Shown here piece after piece: positions 26,971 to 37,971 of a DNA stretch of 64,000 nt. The stretch spans positions 10,653,383-10,717,382 of the forward strand of contig NC_068989.1 of NCBI RefSeq assembly GCF_001194135.2, given 5' to 3'. This DNA comes from Octopus bimaculoides. Taxonomy: Eukaryota. Every line of letters starts with the position of its first letter. The stretch's first letter is position 1. The notes under the pieces were generated by a model. That model was given only the letters and a program-made list of their open reading frames with translations. It ran no database searches and was not told the origin of the DNA. Made by a program: the position numbers and the translations under genes.

Positions 26971-27622
26971 TGCTGTGAATGAGGTTAACTCTAACGACAC
27001 TCTGCACAGTATTCGACTGCAAAAGCCAATGCTATAATGGGAGTTACTGTATATCAGCAGATATATAAGAAATGTGTAACAAATACAGGAAAGATCAGCG
27101 TTGAAGTTGTTGATCTTTAATATAATTTATCATATAGTACTCACATATCATTGAATATTTCGCTTGCTGTTCGCGAGTAAACTTACAATACTAAAGAGCA
27201 GAATTGTTTTAATAAGATAACTCGAGCAAGTTTTTATGTTTACTTAAACTCAATAATATAACTATATCGAGCAAATAAAGTTTCTTTTGATTTTTCCTCC
27301 ATGGCTATAACGTTTACTGACATTGAAAGCTAATTTGCGTTTAAGGAATCAATATCAAAGAAATGCATTTATCTGTAATTATTGGAAACATTAACTTCAA
27401 TGAATTGGAATCAAAGGTTTAACGAGAGGAGCAATAAATGAAAACAAAGGTTTCTGTGTACATTGATATTTTATTCTTTCTTTTAGTTCATATTTTCAGT
27501 TTAATTTCTTTGAATCAACTTTAAAAAACTTGCATGTTTGTTTCTGGTTGACCACCAATAGAAAATATATTCTTTTTTTGAATATCGGTGGAAACCAAGT
27601 ATAATGTACTAAATGAAGAAAA

Positions 27623-28206
27623 TTATACCTGCTGCGATATTTCAACTTTGCAGACTTTTGAGAAAAGCTTCTTTTCTATAGTATGCAATGTATCATAGTT
27701 AGCTACTTCAAACATTCTTGAGCTGTCACCTGCAATGACTCTCAGTTCGTTCAAGTCGACTTGTTTACCTACACCAATAGTAAAAGCTATGATGTTATTT
27801 TGTGCTAGTTTCACAGCTTCTTTCAGAGTATCCTGGGGCGTTGTTGATTGGCCGTCGGTAATAACAATTATGATGTGTGGTACATCAGGTCTACCGCCAT
27901 TAGACGGTAAGAAAGCTTGTGTTCGAATAAACCTCAGTGCTTTCGACGTATAAGTGTCACCATGAGATTGTTTAAGTCCTTTTAAGGCTGAAATCACAGC
28001 GGCTCGCGACGTTTTAGCATTTAGGTAAAAGTGGTTTATCACATTGGTACTGAAAGATACCATGCCAATCTGCGTGTTGTTACGTCCGACAACTGTGTCC
28101 TTGACAAAACTGATTATAAAGTCCATTTGCTTCTTGAAGTCTGCATCCCAAATGCTGGTAGATGCGTCTGCCACAAATATTATATCAGAAGGTACGACAC
28201 CACAAA
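27623..28206 (-). CDS. Gene B terminal exon, VWA type beta (MIDAS intact: DASTS, GDTYT, ITDG)
   Basis: attgcag|TT TGT GGT; ends KVCKVEISQQV*; 584 nt, the same length as the gene A terminal exon. Confidence 0.92.
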
Positions 28207-28527
28207 CTGCAATGCACAAAAATAGGAAATATTGTTTTATGGAACAAAAACGCTTTAACACAAATAAATATATTTATATGAATCTTTTTATCGTTTTACT
28301 TCTTTCAGTCATTAGACTACGGCCATACTGGGGCACCACCTTGAAGAATCTTTAATCGAATAAATCGACTTCAGTACCTATTTTTTTTTAAAGCCCGTAT
28401 TTATTTTATCGGTGCTTTTACCGAGCCATTAAGTTAAGGGGACCTAAACGAACCAACACCGGTTGTTAAGCGGTGGTGGTGGTGGTGGGAGGCAAGCACT
28501 GACGCAAAGACACACACACACACACAC

Positions 28528-28596
<69 letters not shown>

Positions 28597-31500
28597 ACTA
28601 TAACGTCCCTACTAATCTTTATCTTTGTGGAAATACTAGAAAGTATTACAGTAAGCAAGAAAAATGTAATAGAGTCGCAGAAACAGTAGCTTGCGAAGCA
28701 AAATGTGTTGAAATACGTAAGTGCGATTAAATTCAATCCAAATCGACTTAACCTTTGAAACCTCTAAAGTTGATAAATTAAATCCTGATGCCGAGCACAA
28801 CCGTATCCTGAATTTAGAAACAATTACACGGAGTAAGAATGCATAGATATAACCTTACCTCGTTTGCACACCTTTTGCTTCAATGTATTTCTGATTGTAG
28901 AGAGGGAATTGAAATCTTTCACTTTCAAAATGCTTTCTGGTTTCGATACCATCGCTCTCAACTCATCATCATCGACCCTGTTTCCCACAGCTACCGTATA
29001 CACTCTAAGTGGATCATTATGGAGAAGTTTGGCTTCGTTTAGTGTTTTGCTCTTTCCGTTGGAACCACTGGCAGTTACAAGAATAATAATTTTAGGTATT
29101 CCCACTCTTCCACCATGGTCAGTTGTAAAAGATTCTGTTCGAATATGTTTTAGAGCTAGCCAAGTGTTGGTTGATCCACTGCGATAAGCAATGCTAGAGA
29201 CAGCTTTCTGAATGTCTTGTTTTTGTGAAAACTTGTTCAGTTCAAACTCAGTTTTGACATTATCTGAGAAGGTGACCACACCGATTTGAATCTTGTCCGA
29301 ACTAATGTCCATATCATTTACGAATGAACTGACGAAATCGAGCTCCTTCTTAAAGTCTGTTTGAGTTACACTTACAGAACTATCGAGAACAAATACAATA
29401 TCAGCAGGGTTGTGGCAGAATATTTCTGAAAAAGATTTCATTTATATTAGATAGTAATAACAAGGTACATGAAAAACAAACAAACACAAAAACAAATCAA
29501 TGTTAAGTAGTATTTTATACAGAAAAACAACAGCCAGTTAAGTCTATAAGAAATTGGCGTGGCCCTGAAATGGTAAGGTGTTACTGGTGCTGAGTTGTGC
29601 TTAATTAAATGAATAATTAACTTTCAATAACGCCATTCACTTTAGCTATCCAATATTTGTTATATGAAAGTACAAATTGAAATTTCAATAAGTATTTGCA
29701 AAGCTATATTAATATCTTAGCATTGGAAAGTCTGACTTATTGACTTTCCTACATTACAATTACTTAGTGATTTATAAACTGCTGTAAATTTCTCTACTAT
29801 TTCTCGTCTACAATGTATGATACGACACAGAAACAGACAATACATAAAGAAATTTATAAAGAAATGTTCTAAGGGATTTTATTCAGTAAACTGTTTCTTT
29901 ATTTATCGTTATCGCCAAGCCAACATGGCAGTCCAAAAAAAAAAAAAATAGGACGAATGCTGCCGTTTTTTTTTATTGCTATGTTGTCTTGGCGATAACT
30001 ATTAATATCCAGTACCGCTGCCGTAGTCTCCTTTATAGAGACTTAGAAATGATAATATATCTACTGTTTCTTTATTACCAATCTTCTAGAGTCAATACTC
30101 CAGTATTTGATAACTGAGTACTGAATGAAATCCTCATAGGTCAGCTCAGTATAGTAGAAAATTCGTCGCAGGCCTGCAGAGTTCGTTTTCGATCTTGCAC
30201 GAAATTTCAAGTCAAGATCTATACACAAACTATGCGGTGCTACTTTCGATTTTTGTTGTTGGCACTCCGTCGCTTACGACGTCGAGGGTTCCATTTGATC
30301 CGATCAACGGAACACCCTGTTCGTGAAATTAACGTGCAAGTGGCTGAGCACTCCAGACACGTGTACCCTTAACGTATTTCTCGGGGATATTCAGCGTGAC
30401 ACAGTGTGACAAGGCTGACCCTTTGAATTACAGGCACAACAGAAACAGGAAGTAAGAGTGAGAGAAAGTTGTGGTGAAAGAGTACAGCAGGGTTCGCCAC
30501 CATCCCCTGCCGGAGCCTCGGGGAGCTTTAGGTGTTTTCGCTCAATAAACACTCACAACGCCCGGTCTGGGAATCGAAACCGCGATCTTATGACCGCGAG
30601 TCCGCTGTCCTAACCACTGGGCCATTGCGCCTCCACACTTTCGATTATATCACTATCATATCCACAACTATATTCTCCATCTTAATCAAATTCATCTCTG
30701 CGACCACCATCACCGCCACCACCACCATCATTATTTTCATCTTCAAGAAAGATATATGTAAGTAGAATACTACCTCCTTTTCTACAGAAATTTTGCTTTA
30801 CTTTGTCTTCGATTGTAGCCAAGGAATTGAAGTCCGGCACTTTAAAAGCATTTTCCGATTTTGATGCTATTGCTCTCAACTCATCATCATCGACTCTGTT
30901 CCCCACAGCTACCGTAAAAATTCTAATTGGATCATTATGAAGAAGTTTGGCTTCGTTTAGTGTTTTGCTCTTTCCGTTGGAACCACCTGCAGTTACAAGA
31001 ATAGCAATTTTAGGTATTCCCACTCTTCCACCATGGTCAGTTATAAAAGATTCTGTCCGAATATGTTTTAGAGCTAGCCAAGTGTTGGTTGATCGACTGC
31101 GGTGAGCAATATTAGAAACAGCATTCTGAATGTCTTGTTTATGTGAAAATTCTTTCAGTTCAAACTCAGTTTTGACATTATCTGAGAAGGTGACCACACC
31201 GATTCGAATTTTGTCCGCACCAATGTCCATATCATTTACGAATGAACTGACGAAATCGAGCTCCTTCTTAAAGTCTGTTTGGGTTACACTTCTGGAACTA
31301 TCGAGAACAAATACAATATCAGCAGGGTCTTGACAGAGTATTTCTGAAAAAAAACCAAAAAATAGATTGGCTATGTATTAAATGGTGATAATAAGATACA
31401 TGAAAAGCAAAACAAAAATATCAATGTTAAGCAGTATTTTGTATACAAAAACTACAGTCGGTGAATACTATAACAAATTAGCGTAGCACTGAAATGGTAT

Positions 31501-32056
31501 GAAGTAAGGTGTCACAGGACGCTGAGTTGTAGTTTTAGTGAAGAAGTTAACTTTTGATAGAACCATCCATTTTAGTTCTCCAATATCTGCTATAAAAAGG
31601 TACAATTCACCGTTGTAAACACAACTTATCGAAGTTTTAATATGTATTTGTTAGCAAAGTTGTATCGATATCTTCTGGAAGCCTGTATTAAACTGGCTTT
31701 CTTGTCTTTCAGTTACTTAATCGTTGTGAACTGGTAGTAATTATCCTAACATATCTTTCGTCGCTCTTGAGTAATAGGATATAGAAACAGACGACGTGTG
31801 AGAAAATGTATGAAATTATACCCAATAAGCTTTTGCTTCACTTTCAGTTTTCCATACTCCAGACTCACTAAAAGCTGAATGAAATCCTTAGGTGCAGGTA
31901 TGGCCGCGTGGCTAAGAAGATCGTTTTGCAACGACAAAGTTTCGAGTTCAGTCCCACTGCGCGGCCTCTTAAGCCAGTGTTTTCTGTTATAGTTTCAGGC
32001 CGACCAAAGTCTTGTGAGTGAATCTGGCAGACAAAAACTACGTGGAAGCCAGCCGT

Positions 32057-32087
<31 letters not shown>

Positions 32088-33012
32088 GAGTTACTGCCAC
32101 ACACACGTTACCATACACACACGCTATCACACACACAGGCATACCACCGTACACCCACCCACACATATACACAGATACCAACTATTCTTCACACTCACCT
32201 GTCACAGGAAGTATTTTTTCTTTGTCCGTCTACTCCCGGTCATTCAAAAATGTAGCTACACGTGGACTGTTGGCGCTTTTTTCCTCCATCTTCCTTTTCT
32301 TTTGGACTTTCCTATGTCTCCTGTTTCCGAAGAAGAGATTTTGTTCGAAACGTAAAACAACCACTCTTTCTTTCCTTCTCTGAGCGTCTTAGTAATACTT
32401 TGCATGTACCACGTCCTCTCGTTGCTGTTTTCCCTTTCCTTTCTTTCTCCGTTTTTTTTAAAATTAACTATATATATATATATATATCTATATATAAAGT
32501 AACGGCTATTTGTCAACATAATGTACCAATGTTATTGTTGTTTAGCCTCAGGAAACATCGTTTCCAGCTGGCTGTACGNNNNNNNNNNNNNNNNNNNNNN
32601 NNNNNNNNNNNNNNNNNNNNNNNNNNNNNNNNNNNNNNNNNNNNNNNNNNNNNNNNNNNNNNNNNNNNNNNNNNNNNNNNNNNNNNNNNNNNNNNNNNNN
32701 NNNNNNNNNNNNNNNNNNNNNNNNNNNNNNNNNNNNNNNNNNNNNNNNNNNNNNNNNNNNNNNNNNNNNNNNNNNNNNNNNNNNNNNNNNNNNNNNNNNN
32801 NNNNNNNNNNNNNNNNNNNNNNNNNNNNNNNNNNNNNNNNNNNNNNNNNNNNNNNNNNNNNNNNNNNNNNNNNNNNNNNNNNNNNNNNNNNNNNNNNNNN
32901 NNNNNNNNNNNNNNNNNNNNNNNNNNNNNNNNNNNNNNNNNNNNNNNNNNNNNNNNNNNNNNNNNNNNNNNNNNNNNNNNNNNNNNNNNNNNNNNNNNNN
33001 NNNNNNNNNNNN

Positions 33013-33060
<48 letters not shown>

Positions 33061-34362
33061 TCCATGGATACATCGCCCATTAAAATTATCTGCCTATGGG
33101 CTCCGTTCGTCTCTCGTTTCTTGCATCGGTAGTTTCCAGCCAGATTGCACCTTCACGATCTAGATATGGCTCTCTCCCAAATTTGCACTTTATCACCTCT
33201 GATGTTCACCAAGCTTCAGTTTTGTTCACCTCCACTATTTCTCTTATACATCAGCGACCTATTTGCCGTCAGTCCACCAGCTCTTGCACAAAAGAAATCA
33301 TCCTTCCTTCATCGCTAACCTCCGTACACAAGCGTCGTCCACAAACGAGCTAGACACGTCATGCCAAATCTGCACTGACTCTCATATGCAGAAAGCTGAA
33401 GAATTTTATTCTAGGAGGCCATGCCACTTTATAAAAATACAAATACACTTTGTAAAAATACAAGGACAAACAAATATAGATATCGTAAAACGTACAGCAC
33501 ATTAACGAAACGATCGATTATTTAGTTGGTAATATATTTAACCAATTGACTAATAATAAAGAAGTGGAGGCGCAATGGCCCAGTGGTTAGGGCAGCGGAC
33601 TCACTGTTATAGGATCGCGGTTTCGATTCCCAAACCGGGCGTTGTGAGTATTTATTGAGCGAAAACACCTAAAGCCCCACGAGGCTCCGGCAGAGGATAG
33701 TGGCGAACCCTGCTGTATTCTTTCACCACAACTTTCTCTCACTCTTACTTCCTGTTTCTGTTGTGCCTGTAATTCAAAGTGTTAGTCTTGTCACACTGTG
33801 TCACGCTGAATATCCCCGAGAAATACGTTAAGGGTACACGTGTCTGTGGAGTGCTCAGCCACTGGCACGTTAATTTCATGAGCAGGCTGTTCCGTTGATC
33901 GGATCAACTGGAACCCTCGACGTCGTAAGCGACGGAGTGCCAACAACAACAACTCCTCAATAACCAAATACACATATATTTTTCTCTTCAAGAACTTTAG
34001 TCTACTGCATTCACTTTCTTGCACCAGTTATTCCTACTGCTGTCAACATCAGCTATTTAAGAGGGTCACTGACTGTATCAGCCTCACCGAGCTGGGATAG
34101 CTTGCGAAAGCCATAGACACAGCGTTTTTCATACACAACCAGTATAGTCTTCCAGCAGCGACAGCAACAACAACAACACAACAACAATTCCTGAAAGGAT
34201 CTAATGGTTAACAAATAACGTCTGTATCATACTCGAAACTTTCTACTTACCTTCATATGGACTAACAAATGATTTCAGGTTGCTGTCCACACCAATGCGG
34301 TGCGCAATTACCACAGATGTTGCCAAAACGGCCAAGTAAATGGTAACAAACCGCATTATCAT
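27623..34362 (-). CDS. Gene B: secreted triple-VWA protein (collagen VI/matrilin-type VWA domains), 610 aa
   Basis: complement(join(27623-28206,28859-29425,30774-31343,34251-34362)); 1833 nt with all introns phase 1 and GT-AG; AATAAA on the minus strand at 27470-27475. Confidence 0.88.
28300..28520 (-). mobile_element. SINE family D 3' part
   Basis: Reverse complement of ...AACCGGTGTTGGTTCGTTTAGGTCCCCTTAACTT...GGTGGTGCCCCAGTATGGCCG. Confidence 0.75.
28859..29425 (-). CDS. Gene B exon 3, VWA type alpha-2 (DSSVS, GSTNT, LVTASG)
   Basis: ttttcag|AA ATA TTC TGC; ends CGA G|gtaagg; 567 nt, phase 1-1. Confidence 0.93.
30253..30636 (-). mobile_element. SINE family C (GTGGAGGCGCAATGGCCCAGTGG...GTGCCAACAACAA), full-length
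   Basis: tRNA-like head and (CAA)n tail; reverse complement of 33564-33953. Confidence 0.9.
30774..31343 (-). CDS. Gene B exon 2, VWA type alpha-1 (DSSRS, RSTNT, LVTAGG)
   Basis: ttttcag|AA ATA CTC TGT; ends GGA G|gtagta; 570 nt, phase 1-1. Confidence 0.93.
31895..32060 (+). mobile_element. SINE family D 5' part
   Basis: GCAGGTATGGCCGCGTGGCTAAGAAG...GAGTTCAGTCCCACTGCG...GGCCGACCAAAGTCTTGTGAGTG. Confidence 0.8.
32150..32460 (+). mobile_element. Penelope-like terminal repeat fragment with a degenerate minimal hammerhead motif (32323-32358)
   Basis: gttt-CCGAAGA-A-GAGA-TTTT-GTTC-GAAAC-GTA-aaac, followed by CTGAGCGT as in the 37830-37970 repeat. Confidence 0.55.
33130..33290 (+). mobile_element. 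Degraded CR1/L2/Jockey-type RT fragment
   Basis: ITSDVHQASVL, then after a frameshift PPLFLLYISDLF (cf. SGVPQGSVLSPLLFLLYINDL). Confidence 0.55.
33564..33953 (+). mobile_element. SINE family C, full-length
   Basis: GTGGAGGCGCAATGGCCCAGTGGTTAGG (A-box), GGTTTCGATTCC (B-box), ...GACGGAGTGCCAACAACAAC tail. Confidence 0.9.
34251..34362 (-). CDS. Gene B exon 1, signal peptide (MIMRFVTIYLAVLATSVVIA-HRIGVDSNLKSFVSPYE)
   Basis: Not in the ORF track; ccaca-ATG context, hydrophobic core, consensus donor GAA G|gtaagt in phase 1 matching exon 2. Confidence 0.85.
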
Positions 34363-34629
34363 TGTGGTGGGTTTTAATTATGTGTACCAAATATGAACTT
34401 ATCCATCGCTTTGATTTAGCTTTAAAAGATTATTTCACTACAGATGCAAAAATTCCCACATTTCGCAGGGTTGAGTTCATATCTTTTTAACTCTGTTTAT
34501 ATACATGCATTCACGATTAAGCGTGCACACAGACATATCTTTCCAAAAGACTCACAAACACACCCACCCTCATCCCCACCCTCATCCACACTCACATTAT
34601 AGATAGTAAATAGATCTTAATTCTTTTTC

Positions 34630-34871
34630 ATTGCTTACCCATCTCCTACTCTACTTCTCTCTCCCTGTTTTTCTCTCTTCATCTCTTTCTGTTTTTCTTT
34701 CTCTATCTCTCTCTGTTTCTCTGTCTCTCTCTCTTTCTCTCTCTCTCTTTCTCTCTCTCTATTTTTCCTTCTTTCGTTCTCTCTTCATTTACTTCCCATT
34801 TTGTCTATCTGCTTTTATTATTTAACTTCTTACTCATTTTTATCCCTCTGTCTCTTTTTCATACATCTTCC

Positions 34872-34934
<63 letters not shown>

Positions 34935-34945
34935 TCTCTCTTTCA

Positions 34946-34990
<45 letters not shown>

Positions 34991-35060
34991 TTTCCTCTTT
35001 TTCATTTTCTCACTCATTGATATTTCTTTTATCCTTGTCCTTTTTCATGCTTCTTTTCTC
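34630..35060. repeat. Pyrimidine-rich (CT)n/(CTA)n low-complexity block
   Basis: Directly visible; (CTA)n at about 34872-34933. Confidence 0.9.
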
Positions 35061-35639
35061 CTTCCACTGCGTTTTCCTTATCAAAAACGAACGTAATCAT
35101 TCGTTTCTCCCCACTCTTCATTATACACGATACCCACTTATAGATATTATGACAATATATCAGAAACATTGCTTGGAAAACGCTAAATCATCGCTTTTCA
35201 GTTTACTATCATAAAGTAATAAACAAAATTAATATGTAAACATCGATTTAAAACCGTATTTAAATATTTCGAGTGATAATTGTCGGACAATTGAATTACA
35301 AGGAAACAAGCAAACAGTAAAAGAGAAGAAAAGAAGGAAAATAAGCAGCAGAAGATGGAGGCGGAGGAAGCAATGGGCCACAACCCTCCAGAATAAATGG
35401 CGTGTTCAACCGCGCCCCGCGGTCCTGGCCGTGGTGGCGCTGCCGCGGAGAAAGGCCAGAAGTACTGGCTGCAACAGCCACTCCACCTCGTGGGGCTAAT
35501 TTCTCAGACGGGTCGTCGTTATGCCGATTTTGTGGAGAAAAACAGTAGTGAAGGCTCCGAGAAAATCTGAGATCTCAACGGTGACCGGCGCAAACTGATA
35601 GCGGCCGGTCAGGCTGCTGTATTTATTTATTTCTCTCTC

Positions 35640-35810
35640 CTCGAAACGACAGGCTTCTTTCAGTTTCTGTCTACCAAATCAACACACAAAGCTTTGGTCG
35701 GCCCGAGGCTATAGTATAAGACACTTGTCCAAGATGGCACGCAGTGGGACTGAATCTGAAACCATGTGGTTGGGGAGCAAACTTCTTACCACACAGCCAC
35801 TCCTGCGTCT
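35640..35810 (-). mobile_element. SINE family D 5' part
   Basis: Reverse complement of GCAGGAGTGGCTGTGTGGTAAGAAGTTTGCTCCCCAACCACATGG...GACCAAAGC. Confidence 0.85.
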
Positions 35811-36899
35811 GTTGTGTTCTCGAACAAAACATTTCATTTAACGTAGCTCCAATCCAATCAACTGTAAATTAGTAATCCTGTGACAAAACTGAAATGACAA
35901 AACTGAAATGATCATTACTCGGTCACTCATACGCTATGGAGACTGGATAACCTCGACTTCACTGTATCAAAAAGGTCTGTTATTGGTTAGTTCTTACAAT
36001 TTGTCAGTTTCTCTTTCTTTCATCTTTCTTAACACGCACATACATATTTGTTGGAAAACAAAAGTGAAACCAAAAGTTAAAACAAAAGTGAAATTTTCGC
36101 AATATAAATACACATTTAGATCCCGAGAAATAGATTCACAAAAACATCCATATTTAACTATATCTGATATCTAAATGATGATAATACTGACAATTATAGA
36201 TTCAATTGGTCCATTATGAAACACTCAAGCCACTACATTATTGATTCTAGAAGATGTAAACTTTGTCTCTCGGAGAAATATAGCATCCTGTTAAGCACTT
36301 TTGCGAGTTTAAGCACCCCTCCCAGAATAGATGAATTCTTTTAGACATTACCATCAATATTTGTCGAAGGACTTCAAAATATTACCTAGTTAAAATAGTT
36401 TATTTTTCACGGAACCAGCGGGGAACTGGTGTCGTTTATATTCTCATGCGTGCTCATCTAATATGCGTTTGATAATTTTTTTTAGACGAATGCGCAAGGG
36501 CAGAGCTGCTATCGGCACAATTTTTGATCAAATAATGTGCAACATTTGTCACAAAAATTTTGAAACAAAATCAGGCTTGGTAGTCATCGCAGTTGAAATG
36601 CAAGAAAACCTGTTACAGTTACATATATGCAATGTTGCACTCAGGTCAAGAATTAACTCCTTGCCTATCTGAATATAAATATACGTTCCGTGAAAATTAA
36701 CGATAATCACCCAAACAATGACAGGACATCGCATAACTATCTCCTAAATATAACTACAAGCAAAAAGACAAGGACTAGGAAATGTAATGTAAACTGGTAC
36801 AATCGTCCATCCTTTCTGCTTGTTAAATTCCAATAAAATTCTTTGACGTCCTGAAGGAAACGTTTTCATCCCCAATACAAATACCACAAATTATTTAAT

Positions 36900-37565
36900 A
36901 CTTTCACAGTTAAAATTTCATATTCTACTACAGCAAATTTGGCAAATAACATAATTGCCGCTAACCACCATAAACTAAGACCACAAAGCTTAAAAGAAAA
37001 GAATAATTCAACCCAGTTGTTAACAATAAATCGAAGAACTTAGTAATCAATACTATGCATGGAAACACGTTTCTACAAGAGGCATAATACTTTCTACATA
37101 ACTACACCAAACATAATTTTCCGTTTGAACAGATATCCAGATGTTCACTGCATGGGACATTCCTAAGAGATGACTCCCTAATTTGTTGTTTATGCATATT
37201 TACACGGTTGGTCACTTTTCTTCCTGTCTCTCCTATGTAGCTTTCATTGCACTGTAGGCATGTGATGCAGTAGATGACCTTTTGGTTTTGCAATTCATGT
37301 ATGCGTTCTCTTTTAATTCATTCTAATTCTTGAGTCTTTTGGTTGTCCCTTGCTCAATTAATTTGCAAATTGGATACTTGCATAGTTTCTTTTTCAAATG
37401 TGAAACTCGCCTTTGTTAAGAGTATCTTGGGGTTAGGTGGTTGTCTTCGACTGTTGCTAAGTTGTGATTTTTTGATTATTCGTTGGAAATTTGCTGACTG
37501 ATGTAGAATTGGGACGTATAGTTCGGCTGAGTGCAGGATGTAGTTTCTAGGATTGTGGGTGACTA
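36900..37565 (-). mobile_element. Penelope-like element, 3' ORF with GIY-YIG endonuclease
   Basis: VVTHNPRN...RRQPPNPKILL linker, then VIYCITCLQCNESYIGETGRKVTNRVNMH (GIY-YIG pattern); disrupted by stops. Confidence 0.85.
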
Positions 37566-37734
37566 CAAATGGAATATTTGTATTTGTATATATATATTCC
37601 CAGCCCCACACCATCATCCACACACCTACACATGCACAGACGCACACGTCAATGTCACCAGCGCTCTTCCACGCACACATACATACTCTCTTATACACAT
37701 GCACGCTCACCTTAGTTTTGGGATACATCACTAC

Positions 37735-37971
37735 TTTATTACCGCCTTTCTTCTTAGATATCCTGTGTGACCCCTCTGTCCGGCATTCACCATGATAGAT
37801 CGCTAGCGACTATACATTCTATATTTTTTCTCCTTGTTTCTTTCTGCGTTCCTTTCTGTGGAAGAGCGTAGGCTCGAAACGTTAAAGACTTTTTCACTTC
37901 CTGAGCGTTATACTAATACAGCTGTTTTTGTCTACATCACCTGTCTTCGTCTTTTGTTTGTTTTTGTGAAT
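37735..37971 (+). mobile_element. Penelope-like terminal repeat, inverted relative to the adjacent ORF, with a hammerhead-like motif at 37852-37887
   Basis: cttt-CTGTGGA-A-GAGC-GTAG-GCTC-GAAAC-GTT-aaag; a second copy lies at 26830-26970 on the minus strand. Confidence 0.6.

Noticed and set aside
35198-35383. Hydrophobic ORF MWPIASSASIFCCLFSFF... as the gene B leader
   Set aside because: No suitable phase-1 donor; the exon at 34251-34362 has a better signal peptide and a consensus donor.
36463-36672. CNICHKNFETKSGL as a C2H2 zinc-finger gene
   Set aside because: His ligands are absent and the motif is isolated; more likely a decayed RTE C-terminal finger.
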